Shown: positions 1 through 17,218 of the stretch, piece after piece
How the letters are laid out: each line of letters starts with the position of its first letter
How positions within the stretch are numbered: the first letter of the stretch is position 1
Source of the DNA: Eledone cirrhosa
Taxonomy: Eukaryota
NCBI GenBank assembly: GCA_964016885.1
Contig: OZ024742.1
Span: forward strand, 5,270,001 to 5,334,000
Length of the DNA stretch: 64,000 nucleotides
Reading direction: 5' to 3'
Notes under the pieces: generated by a model
Databases searched by the model: none
The model's input: the letters and a program-made list of their open reading frames with translations, nothing else
What the model was told of the DNA's origin: nothing
Position numbers and translations under genes: made by a program

Positions 1-149
1 TATTAATTATAAAGTGTCAATTAAGGAAGGGGGAGATTTCGACTGCTACTGAATAACATCCAATGCCAGCTGGTATATGCATTAGGGAATTGAATTAAGA
101 AATCTCATTATATCTATAACAGTTTATATTAAATGATAACCTGAAATTT

Positions 150-903
<754 letters not shown>

Positions 904-1103
904 NNNNNNNNNNNNNNNNNNNNNNNNNNNNNNNNNNNNNNNNNNNNNNNNNNNNNNNNNNNNNNNNNNNNNNNNNNNNNNNNNNNNNNNNNNNNNNNNN
1001 NNNNNNNNNNNNNNNNNNNNNNNNNNNNNNNNNNNNNNNNNNNNNNNNNNNNNNNNNNNNNNNNNNNNNNNNNNNNNNNNNNNNNNNNNNNNNNNNNNNN
1101 NNN
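904..1103. other. Assembly gap (200 N)
   Basis: Run of N; contiguity across it is not guaranteed. Confidence 0.99.
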
Positions 1104-1840
1104 CTAACCATAAATACCACAACCTATTTAACAAAAACACAATTAAAATATCCTACTCCACCACACCTAACATATCAGACCATATAGCCAGCACCAACAA
1201 GAGAAAGATTGAAAAGTACTTTAAACTACACCAAAGTAATAATGTCCAGCATAGAAATAACCTGAACAACAACACAGTACAAGACCATACAACAAGTCAT
1301 ACTAACAACAAGTCATAGTAATAACACTCCCATAATCATAACACTAGAAGTAGAAACAGAAACAGCCACTCAAATGCACACCCCCTTAACCAGTATACTA
1401 GTAAACAAAACAATTGTAACTGTAGGCCTAACAAGACATGTCCCTTAAATAAGAACTGCCTAATTAAAGATATTGTCTACTCCGGTACTGTAACCGGCAA
1501 TCATATCTCGAAAGTATATATAAGCTCTACATCGAATAGCTTTAAGACCAGATATAATTTACACCTTAATTCATTCAGAAAACCTTAAACTTAGCAACGT
1601 AACCTCAATATCCACATACATACACTCATTAAAATCAAGTAATATACCATACACCTTAAAATGGGAAGTGATAGCTAAGGCCCCTTCATATAGACCACCT
1701 AACAAATTTTGTAACCTTTGCATCCTCGAGTCTAAAAATATTATTTACACTAACCTTAGCCTACTAAATAGGAAATCAGAGATCTTCTACACGTGTCCAC
1801 ATTACCATAGATTCTCGTTCCACTACTTCAAACCTAGTAA
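1104..1840 (+). mobile_element. Decayed Penelope-like element fragment: linker and C-terminal GIY-YIG endonuclease, with frameshifts and stops
   Basis: Hand translation gives NHKYHNLFNKNTIKISYSTTPNI...NCNCRPNKTCPLNKNCLIKDIVYS...FKTRYNLHLNSF...FCNLCILESKN...LLNRKSEIFYTCPH. It is colinear with the element at 3206-4400. Confidence 0.85.
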
Positions 1841-2170
1841 CTAATAATAATAAAAATAAAAATAAAGACCAATGTCGGAGATAACACTAGACCACCACCT
1901 TGTAGTTTATCCAACTAGACCTTCATGAATATAGGACTACACCTTAATTAAAAGACCACACTGACCTACATACAGTCAGTAAACACCTGTTTGATCTATT
2001 ACATTATACAATGAAAAGATTTAAATGATATAGGCACTGTAATAAACTGTCAATATACAACACCAACTAAATAGCAGACAACTGTGTATACAACTACAAT
2101 TACTCCAGTATATATTATGCAACTCCCTATCCTGTGTTAAAAAACTTCAACTATCTCTACACAATCAGTA

Positions 2171-2291
<121 letters not shown>

Positions 2292-2403
2292 ATATATATA
2301 TATGTATTGAAGTTTCCGTTGAAAATTGAAAAAGTCATAGGAGTGAAGAGTGCTCTATGTAAGTACCAGAGCTAAATTTAATGTATAATAAACAATACAA
2401 TAT

Positions 2404-2481
2404 AATTACCTCATTACCAGAGGTTTCCCGAATAAGACGAATACGAAAAACGTCCTCATTCGGTCATCGGACAAGGCAATT
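2404..2481 (-). ncRNA. Type I hammerhead ribozyme motif (CCGAUGA core variant) in the PLE 3' pseudo-LTR
   Basis: Minus strand reads aattgccttgt-CCGATGA-ccgaatgaggacg...cgtcttattcgg-GAAAC-ctctg-GTA-atgaggtaatt. Stem I is 11 bp including GU pairs. Confidence 0.75.
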
Positions 2482-3205
2482 TAAAACATAGTGAAATATA
2501 AGGGGGAGGGTTATCAATATAAATTAACACTAGAGAAAAAGAAAACAAACATAGGTTCGCACGTACGCACACATACATATAAAAAAAAAATATATATGAA
2601 TACGTACAGGCAAAAGCGCATGCATACGTACATACATACACACGAAGCACATATATATATATATACATATATCGGCACACTTATATCTAAGCACACATAC
2701 GTACGCGACTATACACATACATATATGCATACACACACATACATACATATACATATATATATATATATATACACGTACTTATACACATACGTTCACCCAC
2801 ATACACACACTCATATAAAATATAGATATAAAAAACATACATGCTCACACATATAGACACAGACACGCACACATACGGAGGCGCATACACACTCACACGC
2901 ATAGATACAAAATATAGACCAGCCATATGAAAGAAAGAAATACAAATATAAAAGCAGCTGCGAAACAACAGGATATATCTGGAGTTGAAAACGCAAGTGA
3001 CAAGTGATATCAGGTAGTGAAAGAAATAAAGTGTGGAATTTGAAGATATTAGGTAGGTGAATAAAAAAGTAGGGAGGGGGTGGAGGGTCACTTGTGGATG
3101 TGAAGTGAAAATAAAAATAAAAATGAAAATAAAGTTAAAAATGAAAGTAAATCAGAAAGAGAAGTCTGTAAAGAGGATAATTTAAGGAAAGTGAAGAACA
3201 AGAGT

Positions 3206-4400
3206 TTATGGAGGATAAGTATCTGAAAGTGAGTTAAGTTTATATGAGCTGGAAAGCAAGTGTGATTTCATGTGTGGGCAACTGGTGAAAATTTCTGTTT
3301 TTGTATTTAGGCAGGTTTTTGGTGATTTAAGGTTCTGTAAAATCCAATATTTTTTACTTATGCAGAGTGTGCATCTTCTTGTTCCTCTTGCATATTCTTT
3401 AGATTGGTTCAAAATTGACCAATCCAATTTATATTGGATACCTTGGTCTTTCAAATCCCATATTCTGCTAGACAAAGCTGTTGTAAATCTTTTTTCTGGA
3501 TGTCGGAAAGATGCGACATGTGAGTAATAACGCGTTTTTAATTTGTCTTGTATCATACCCACATATCGTTCGCTGGTGGCTGGTAGGTTGTTGCTGATGG
3601 TTGTCACTTTAGCCGCATATACAATGGCTTTGGTGTTGCATTTACCTTGTAATGGGCATTCACTTTTGACTCTACAGGAGCAATTTTGATGTTCTCTGGG
3701 TGATTTCTTATTGATGATATAAGATTTAATAGGGGGACCGCAGGAGTAGCTAATTTTGACACAGTTTCTATTGAAGATCTTATAGTATCTATGTGTTCTA
3801 GGGAAATGTTTATCTAAGAGCTCTAGGAATTGTTTTAACTGCTAGAGAGTAGGGGAGTGTGAACAAAATTATTTTTATTTTCCTATTATGTTTAAAAGAG
3901 TTAGTATTGTTGGGTATGTACTTAATCGGTTCGCTAAATCCGCTATTTTGAAGGGCTTTATTATAGTAGGGGGATGCCTTATTGAAAATAGCTTCTGAGG
4001 AAGAGAGGGTGGAGATCCTACGGCTAATGTTAGGGATAAGGTTTTTAAAAACTATAGGAGGATGGCAAGAGCCTTTATTTATATATTTTAAATTTTCATT
4101 AGGTTTGTGGTACGGTTTATAAGAAGCAGTAGGCAGATCTAGGTTTATATCTAGAAAATTAACATTGGAAAGGTTAGTGTCAATAGTAATTTTAAGATTA
4201 AAGCTAGCGAAGGTTTTTATTAAGTCTTTCCTTAATCTATCTAAGTTATGGCCTATGGTGGTGTGGGAAAGTATTAGACCATCGTCGCGATAAAGCCCCA
4301 AAATATGGTTAGGGAATTTTTCTTTAAGTGTGTGTAGGAGGAATAGGCCGACTAAATCACAAACATCAGCACTGTCAAAAGAACCCATTGAGACATCGAA
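3206..4400 (-). pseudogene. PLE reverse transcriptase (motifs MGS, YRDD) plus GIY-YIG endonuclease, frameshifted near 3810
   Basis: ORFs 3810-4388 (MGSFDSADVCDLVGL, LYRDDGL, VNFLDINL, YKPYHKP, GSCHPP) and 3206-3607 (YVG, KTRYYSH, CTLCISKK, CPH). The intervening frame reads IFNRNCVKISYSC...CSCR...CPLQGKC...IVYAAKV. Confidence 0.9.
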
Positions 4401-4909
4401 TGGGTTCTAATTTATATTGATAACCCCTCCCTCTTACTTTCTCTTTGATTTAAACAAAATTTTTCTCTTTCTCATATATTGTTTCATTTTCATATGTATC
4501 GAATATGACACTCTTTTTGACTAATACACTCCCTTCCCTGTTTATCTTCCGCATATAAATGATCGCGCGTGTGTGTTTATACGTGTGCTTTCATACTTGT
4601 ATGTGTATATATTTAATACCTAAATCTGGATGTACATTATTTTTCAACTTATATTATATACGTATTGGTCACACATACACTATTATGCTTGCCCTCATAT
4701 ACGCACTTACGCACACACACATTTTCACTATACACATGCATTTGTACATACACACATATGTACATTTGTGAGTGAATATAAACACATTTATACACATACC
4801 CTAACTATATTTCCTTATTTTTTTTTATATATCTCTTGCTTTGTTTTTTTTTGCCCGTTAAACTCTTGCCTTTCTTGAGAAGATTTTTCAAATATTTCAC
4901 TATGTTTTA

Positions 4910-4987
4910 AATTGCCTTGTCCGATGAACGAATGAGGACGTTTTTCGTATTCGTCTTATTCGGGAAACCTCTGGTAATGAGGTAATT
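4910..4987 (+). ncRNA. Type I hammerhead ribozyme motif (CCGAUGA variant), inverted copy of 2404-2481
   Basis: aattgccttgt-CCGATGA-stem II-GAAAC-ctctg-GTA-atgaggtaatt. Confidence 0.75.
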
Positions 4988-5028
4988 ATATTGTATTGTT
5001 TATTATACATTATATATATATATACATA

Positions 5029-5098
<70 letters not shown>

Positions 5099-5180
5099 TA
5101 AGTTATTCCGGGTTAAATCGGAGGTAACCACAGTAAGTAAGGTACTCAATACATAGCAGAGTATAAATGTTTTAATATAG

Positions 5181-5237
5181 ATGAGATTCTACAAGACTAG
5201 AACTGTTTCATTCTTTAGAAATCATCAGGAATCTCAT
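5181..5237 (-). ncRNA. Type I hammerhead ribozyme, canonical core, in a ~140-bp insertion (about 5100-5240) between microsatellites
   Basis: Minus strand reads atgagattc-CTGATGA-tttctaaagaat-GAAAC-agttctagtctt-GTA-gaatctcat. Stem I is a perfect 9 bp. Confidence 0.9.
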
Positions 5238-5238
5238 G

Positions 5239-5293
<55 letters not shown>

Positions 5294-5451
5294 TTAATTA
5301 TACTATTTACGGTTATGCAAATACAAAAACCTTTTGTACTCATATATATTTTTATAAACCCTAAATAGTGGTAGGCAGTAATATATTACTACCTTATTAC
5401 CAGTAAGTTAAATAGCTCAATGTAATAACATCAGATGATTTACAGAGCAGT

Positions 5452-5581
5452 TATATGAATTATAAGAATCAAAGAACTGTTCAAAACATTTTTATGCTTA
5501 CAACTGTTTCCTCCAAACCTCAGTTTGGAGGAAACAGTTGTAAGCATAAAAATGTTTTGAACAGTTCTTTGATTCTTATAA

Positions 5582-5589
<8 letters not shown>
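5452..5589. repeat. Perfect palindrome (~67-bp arms, 4-nt loop) containing the 3' half of a hammerhead (GAAAC-agtt-GTA) on each arm
   Basis: Centre reads aactgtttcctccaaac-ctca-gtttggaggaaacagtt. Confidence 0.95.
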
Positions 5590-5636
<47 letters not shown>

Positions 5637-6709
5637 AAGTGTGTGTATATGTGTGTGTGTGTATATATATATATATGTATATGTGTGTGTGTATATATGT
5701 GTGTATAAGTGTGTGTGTCTGTGTGTATATATGTTTATACACTGTCACACATATGTATGTGCCTTATATTAAGCATGCATATACTAACTATGTAAAAACT
5801 ATCTAGTTATAATAAACTAAATTAAAAAAACGTTTTAAAACACCCCTCCACACACATAAAGTTTAAAAGATAGCAATTATATAACCAAGAATATTTTATA
5901 TTTGAAACACTCTATATAGATTAATTTGTAACACTACCACAATATTATAACAACCCTTAATTTATCAACAACATTAATTACCTCCCTTTGTTATTAACCC
6001 CCTTTACAACTTCCTGTGTAAACTTATGAAATTAAGTAACCTAACGGTTTACCAACAGCTTAATAACGGTTAATACAAACCTTAGAAAAGATAATTTACA
6101 GATAAAAGATGCATAAGATAATATACCTACAATAACAACATGGCCAGTAATTCGGAGGAATTTACATTTAAAAAACAAACACCTATTGACTATAAACGAC
6201 TCAAAATAATCCCAGGGTTAATAGCTGTGAGTAACAAACAACACATGCACATAAATACGAACTACAACACAAAAACACTTAAATGAAAATCACATACCCA
6301 ACTCTATCTGGTGATTTACATTACACCTTACATAACAAATATCTACATTATCACCACATGCCTCTCTAACAAATTGCACACTATCTTAAATGTTTATAAC
6401 AAATATAACATGCTTTAACACCCCACACAAAATATGTTTATTTCAACTGCAGTATAACTCTTTCCTCATACATGCATTATTGACTGTATTGACTCCTGCA
6501 GTGTACACCAATTGTCCTTGCCTATAACTTCTTTCCCTGTGTTTTTTTGTTTGTGATTTTTTTTTGCTTGTGCCTTTTGCTTTTACTTATACCTATTACA
6601 CTTCCAACCAGTGCTGCTTGTAATTGTGTTATTTCAAGCGGAACATCTTTTTAACTCCTGAATCTCAACATGATGCCTTTGACACTAATAACAACTACGT
6701 ACCCTAAAT

Positions 6710-6756
6710 GTTCTAAATGACTACCAGACTTCTCTCTTGAAGAAACAATTGTCAGC
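6710..6756 (+). ncRNA. Degenerate hammerhead remnant
   Basis: gtt-CTAAATGA...GAAAC-aatt-GTC-agc. The 3' half is identical to the motif at 27104-27118; the 5' core is damaged. Confidence 0.4.
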
Positions 6757-7100
6757 TAATAAATGTTCGCAACGAAAATTTGATCGTTTTAACACTTTGT
6801 ATCTTGGTTCTGTAAAACACTTGAAAATTTGCATTGAACCTTTTGTCATACCGGTAACTGGCTAGTACTTAGTACTACCCTACATATTTATAGATATATC
6901 AAACATATATAAATATAAATATTACTATATATATATGTATATATATGTGCGTATATATGTATGTATATATATATGTGTATATGTATATATATGTGTATAT
7001 ATGTGTGTATATATGTATACCTATATCTATGTATATGTGAATGTATATATGTATGTATATATGTGTGTATATTTATGTATGTGTGTATATATATATATAC

Positions 7101-8001
<901 letters not shown>

Positions 8002-8095
8002 TACATATATATATGTGTATATATATATATATGTGTATATATATAAATATGTATATATATATGTATATATATATATAAATATGTATATATATGTG

Positions 8096-8127
<32 letters not shown>

Positions 8128-8319
8128 TATATGTGTGTATATATATATGCATATATGTATAGATATATATGTATATATATATATATAGTATTAAGGATAC
8201 TATTTATGGTTATGTATATACTAAAACTTTTTATGTATATGTATATATGTATGTATATGTATATATATATGTATATATGTGTATATATATATATGTATAT
8301 ATAAATATGTATATGTGTA

Positions 8320-8355
<36 letters not shown>

Positions 8356-8701
8356 TGTATGTATGTATGTATGTATGTATGTATGTATGTATGTATATAT
8401 ATATGTATGTATATATATATATATGTATGTATGTATGTATATATATATATGTATGTATGTATGTATGTATATATATATATATGTATGTATATATGTATAT
8501 ATATATATGTATGTATATATATATATATATGTATGTATATATATATATATATGTATGTATGTATATATATATATATGTATGTATGTATGTATATATATAT
8601 ATATGTATGTATGTATGTATATATATATGTATGTATATATGTATATATATATATGTATGTATATATATATATGTATGTATATATATATATATGTATGTAT
8701 G

Positions 8702-8797
<96 letters not shown>

Positions 8798-8805
8798 TAT
8801 AAATG

Positions 8806-8872
<67 letters not shown>

Positions 8873-9010
8873 GTATGTATATGTATATATATATATATAT
8901 ATAAATGTATGTATATATGTATATATATATATGTATGTATATATGTATATGTGTGTATATATGTATGTATATATGTATGTATATATGTATGTATATATAT
9001 ATATATGAAT
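8002..9010. repeat. Compound (TA)n/(TATG)n microsatellite
   Basis: Direct reading. Confidence 0.97.
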
Positions 9011-9292
9011 TAATATGTATGTGATGAAACACAGATACCAACACATGTGTATATATATTGCAAAAGAAAAATTTAGCCAGATTGAAGTATACTAATTATT
9101 ATACTACAGTTTGTCCATATCGATTTAAAATAATAAATCAACGAAGACGAACTGTATTGCCAAGAGGCTGTGATGTTTAGACACATTTAAATTTCAAAAT
9201 CAAACCTGTTCCGTAGATAAGTTTAAACTTTAAGATCCAAATATGTTTCGAGTTAAATAAGTGTAGGAATATCATGTCCTGCACTCCTCAGC

Positions 9293-9503
9293 TTTATATC
9301 AGGAGATCTCTCTACATTTGTCGTCACATGGTATCATGGGCCCAGCACTGTGTGTCAATAATTGTCAAACGTGTAGTGTTTGTACCAGAGTTTTCAAGTC
9401 GCTGGCTGGACTAAAAAGTCACGCTCGCTCAGCGCATCCGTAGGGGTTCTCCTACATGGATATAAAGTAGTGGCTGTACTCGAAAACGAGTTGGCAGCCA
9501 CCA
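9293..9503. repeat. Partial copy (right end) of the ~600-bp structured repeat at 12488-13088
   Basis: High similarity to 12880-13088, ending gtggctgtactcgaaaacgagttggcagccacc followed by (TA)n. Confidence 0.9.
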
Positions 9504-12487
<2,984 letters not shown>

Positions 12488-14020
12488 GTCAGGTCACCAG
12501 CTGGTGCTACTGGTAACATGTATTCCAGTACAACCTGTTTCATGGTCGGGTCGTTGGCGACTAAACTGGCAACCCCACCAAGGTTTCTTGGTGAGGAGGG
12601 TGACTTTGGACATCCTGCAGGACTAAAAACAAAACCTGGCAAATGAGCTCTTAAGAGTCAATGGCCATCCAAAATCACCGGGAGAGATGACCCCTTAGCC
12701 TTTGTCAAGGCAGAATTCTAGGAGAAGGAAAACTCTGATATTAGACCTGCAACCCTGATGGTATCCAATGATGTTGACTTATTCTTCTTTTTGGTAAATA
12801 TCATCTTGGGTTAAGAGAGTGGGACTGGCTTTGTGCAGTGCCTTTGCTCACTATAAAAGCTTCACGGCACAGGCATTGCTTTATATCTGGAGATCTCTCT
12901 ACACTTGTCATCACATGGTACCAAGGGCCCAACACTATGTGTCAATAATTGTCACAGGTGTAGTGTTTGTACCAGAGTTTTCAAGTCGCTGGCTGGACTA
13001 AAAGTCACACTTGTTTAGCGCATCGGTAGGGGTTCTCCTACATGGATATAAAGTAGTGGCTGTACTCGAAAACGAGTTGGCAGCCACCATATATGTATGT
13101 ATGTATATATGTATATATATATGTTTGTATGTATATATATATATATGTATATATATATGTATATATATATATGTATGTGTCAGGTCACCAGTTGGTGCTA
13201 CTGGTAACATGTATACCAGTACAACCTGTCCCATGGTCGGGTCGTTGGCGACTAAACTGGCAACCCCACCAAGGTTTCTTGATGAGGAGGGTGACTTTGG
13301 ACATCCTGCAGGACTAAAAACAAAACCTGTCAAAGGGCAAAGGAGCTCTTAAGAGTCAATGGCCATCTAAAATCACTGGGAGAGATGACCCCTTAGCCTT
13401 TGTCAATGCAGAATTCTAGGAGAAGGAAAACTCTGATATAACACCTGCATATATGTATATATATGTGTACATATGTGTACATATGTGTGTATATATATAT
13501 GTACATATATATATATATATCGGGTCACTCATGAGTGCTACTGGTAACACGTAACCCAGTACAACCTGTCGCATGGTCGGGTCGTCGGCGACTAAACCGT
13601 GATTTTGGACACCTTGCAGGACAAAAAACAAAACCTGACAAAGGGCGGAAGAACTCATAAGAGTGAACGCCCACCCAAAATTGTGTAAATATGTATATAC
13701 ACATGTACCGCGCGGTTAAACCACTGGGAGTGAAGGACCCCTAGCCTTTGTCAGGGCATTCTTTTAGGAGAAGGTAACTCATGAAACTGGGATAACTCCG
13801 ATATAAAACCTGCGGCTCAGTAGTTACTGATGATGTTGATCTTTTCTTCTTTTAGGGTTATAGCTACTGTCGCTCAGAGAGTGGGATTGGCTCAGTGCAC
13901 AGTCTTTCCTCACTTTAAAAAATATCTTCACGCACAGGCATTGCACGATAGAATTAATTAATAATTATTAATAATGGCATATTGTGCAATGGGCATACTC
14001 GATAACGAGGGGGCAGCCAT
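12488..14020. mobile_element. Cluster of three copies of a ~500-600-bp non-coding repeat (12488-13088 full, 13179-13450 partial, 13521-14020 diverged), each bounded by TA-rich microsatellite
   Basis: Shared start c(a/g)ggtcac, shared internal motifs (ggtcgggtcgtYggcgactaaac; taggagaagg) and shared end gcagccaYc in the two longer copies. Confidence 0.8.
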
Positions 14021-14093
14021 CATATATATATATATATGTGTATGTATGTATATGTGTGTATATGCGTGTATGTGTATTTATATATATATATAT

Positions 14094-14515
14094 ATAAAAT
14101 ATTAAAAAAATAATGAATAAAACAATGAAACAGTTCCTTATATTAAACAAAAAAGGTTCATTATTTAACGATCGTTTCTAGGATATATATGTGTTAGAAT
14201 TGGCATGTATATTCAACAGATCTATGTACAAAATTATACAAAATTATACAAACTATCAAAATTAAATATACATACCAACACATATATATGCCGTCTTCAG
14301 AAATTATTTCTGAAGACGGCATATGTATGTGTTGGTATGCATATTAAATTTGATAGTTTGTATAATTTTGTATAATTTTGTACATAGATCTGTTGAATAT
14401 ACATGCCAATTCTAACACATATATATCCTAGAAACGATCGTTAAATAATGAACTTTTTTTGTTTAATATAAGGAACTGTTTCATTGTTTTATTCATTATT
14501 TTTTTAATATTTTAT
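14094..14515. repeat. Near-perfect ~420-bp palindrome centred at 14305, with a hammerhead on each arm
   Basis: Centre reads gccgtcttcagaaat-t-atttctgaagacggc. The arms match over ~210 bp with few substitutions. Confidence 0.95.
14303..14449 (+). ncRNA. Type I hammerhead with ~114-nt extended stem II (mirror copy at 14160-14307, minus strand)
   Basis: attattt-CTGAAGA-[cggcatatgtatgtgttgg...ctaacacatatatatccta]-GAAAC-gatc-GTT-aaataat. Stem I is a perfect 7 bp. Confidence 0.8.
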
Positions 14516-14646
14516 CTTGACTCTGTATTCCGTTTATCTTTCACCGAAAGTGATTTTTCATTGCATCTCTTCTTTCCATGATATCCGGATTACATTGAGT
14601 TCTTCATACGGATTGGACACTACCGTAAACTCTTGGTAGATTTATC

Positions 14647-14714
<68 letters not shown>

Positions 14715-14731
14715 CACACACACACATACAT

Positions 14732-14771
<40 letters not shown>

Positions 14772-14774
<3 letters not shown>

Positions 14775-14892
14775 GGAACCAGTAAGACCCCGACAGCTGA
14801 GCTCAAGCCGTTTCGACGGCTAATTCTGGCTAGTCCAGAATTAGCCGTCGAAACGGCTTGAGCTCAGCTGTCGGGGTCTTACTGGTTCCTAT
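14772..14892. repeat. Perfect palindrome (58-bp arms) with a hammerhead 3' half on each arm; the element continues to about 14972
   Basis: Each arm carries GAAAC-ggcttgagctcagct-GTC-ggggtc. The centre is ctgg-ctagt-ccag. Same family as 62805-63018. Confidence 0.95.
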
Positions 14893-14968
14893 TACCCACT
14901 CTACTACCTCAAGTATTGAGTACTTTGGTGCGTTATGGTCCACATGGTTCCTTACCACATTTCCTTCG

Positions 14969-15007
<39 letters not shown>

Positions 15008-15119
15008 TAACAGGAATTCCAACTTTGTCTGATTTACTCGTTTTATTTACAATGCTTTAAAATTTATAATGGTATTATAATGAAATAGTATGATAGAATA
15101 TTAAATGTTAAGTGTTAAT

Positions 15120-15158
15120 TGAACAAGTACTTTAATGCTTTCGCAATCTTCAGGTTCA
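15120..15158 (-). ncRNA. Minimal type I hammerhead in the 3' region of the PLE fragment at 15538-15846
   Basis: Minus strand reads tgaac-CTGAAGA-ttgc-GAAAG-cattaaagta-CTT-gttca. Confidence 0.65.
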
Positions 15159-15537
15159 TAATGTGTGGTGACAGTCAAGTTTGCAATTTTCAACTGTAAT
15201 GAGATGGGTAAATTTTGTATCTTATATACATTGAAAAGTGGCTCCAGAATGCTAAATCTTGCAAACTGTATTTCGATCAATCGGTGTGTAGTTTCACTGA
15301 ATTACTAAGGCTGATTGGTTTAAGCGTCACGGCTGGTTGAGCATCTCTAACGACCACTAATTGATCCTATCCAAAGCATCAATTGTTTTGCTATTTTTAG
15401 AAATGATGAAAATAGCATTTTCTAGTAATCATCACCATCAACATCACTTTTATTATTATTATTATTGTTGTTGTTAGTGGTCGTAGTCGACATGGTCGTA
15501 GTCATAGTCATAGTAGAAGTAATACCACTAAGCATTA

Positions 15538-15846
15538 TTATTGTTCATTTAGCTTGTGTTTGAATTTATCAATAAAATTCTTTTCTTTGATTTTTCTCTT
15601 GATTTCACTTGGGCTGTGTAATTTGTAGAATGGGAATATTATAAATATTCCCTGACCACATGTTGCTAGATGGTTACTTAGGGGTATCTGACGGACATTT
15701 GGGTCTCTGATTTGGGTCTCCGATTTGCTGACGGTGTACCCGTGCACTATCGGAACGTGCACGGGTACACCGTCAGCAAACCAGAGACTCAAATGTCCGT
15801 CAGATACCCCTAAGTAACCATCTAGCAACATGTGGTCAGGGAATAT
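15538..15846 (-). mobile_element. PLE GIY-YIG C-terminal fragment with a fold-back (palindromic) 5' end at 15645-15846
   Basis: [37 protein letters not shown] aligns with RIHKQQFRDPSVRNTTCSEHFATCGKGKFTIFPVFKI at 30989-31110. The palindrome is centred near 15752. Confidence 0.85.
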
Positions 15847-16475
<629 letters not shown>

Positions 16476-16574
16476 AAAGAATTTGATTCGTTAGTTATTC
16501 AACTACCTCCAAATAAGGACATAATACTAACATGCTACTAATTCTGAGTAAAATTATTATTGAATAAAATTATT

Positions 16575-16710
16575 ATTGCTTTTGAAAACAGCTAGTGATA
16601 TGCATGTAAGTAAATATTCTCTCTATCTGATAGTTTGTAAACTTACATAGATCAATAACTGAGTATAGATACAATGTATTATCACCATCTAGAAACGATC
16701 GTAAAGCAGT
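16575..16710 (+). ncRNA. Type I hammerhead with U3-A8 core variant and ~103-nt stem II; relative of 14303-14449
   Basis: attgctt-TTGAAAA-[...gtgata...tatcac...cta]-GAAAC-gatc-GTA-aagcagt. The downstream ggattacattgagttcttcatac is shared with 14587-14609. Confidence 0.7.
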
Positions 16711-16885
16711 ATATCTCTAATGACTTGATTTTTTATTTCATTGTTTTAACTTATATCATGACTCTGTTTTTCTTTTAATGTTTTATTGTTTTCTGAGATT
16801 TATCTTAACCTACAACATTTTTAACATATGGATTACATTGAGTTCTTCATACAGAATAGACCCCACAACTTACAGTGGATACCTC

Positions 16886-16954
<69 letters not shown>

Positions 16955-16957
<3 letters not shown>

Positions 16958-17146
16958 TCAGAGCAAACAGCACGGACACTCTATCTCAAAATTATTTTTG
17001 AAAAGCATTTAGAAATGCGCAACCGGTAAAAACTTAAAAACTTAAAACCACAACTGAATACTAACCCATACAATCAATACTCTTTTATTCCTAATTAAAC
17101 CATTTTTCAACTGTGAACAATTTGTCAGCATTTTCTATTCCATTTA

Positions 17147-17152
<6 letters not shown>
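16955..17152. repeat. Unclassified interspersed repeat; second copy at about 20175-20372
   Basis: Both copies share cactctatctYaaaattatttttgaaaagcatt(t)agaaatgcgcaaccggtaaaaacttaaaa...aatttgtcagcattttct. Confidence 0.8.

Positions 17153-17218
<66 letters not shown>

Larger units (their letters stand above)
2376..5012 (-). mobile_element. 5'-truncated Penelope-like retroelement with 3' pseudo-LTR (about 2376-2525) and an inverted pseudo-LTR copy at its 5' end (4408-4435 plus 4892-5012)
   Basis: RT and GIY-YIG coding remnant at 3206-4400. 2380-2497 is the reverse complement of 4892-5012. Both outer ends lie close to (TA)n. Confidence 0.85.

Noticed and set aside
9225-9300. Minus-strand CTGAGGA-hairpin...GAAAC, hammerhead-like
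   Set aside because: There is no properly placed UH triplet or stem I, and 11 extra nucleotides precede GAAAC. At best a decayed remnant.
13820-13870. CTGATGA inside the ~600-bp repeat
   Set aside because: No downstream GAAA/UH, and the homologous copy does not conserve it.
16995-17032. ttt-TTGAAAA-gcattta-GAAAT-gcgcaaccg-GTA-aaaa (also at about 20217-20253) as a minimal hammerhead
   Set aside because: Stem I is only a short U/A run and stem II does not pair, which is too likely by chance in AT-rich DNA.
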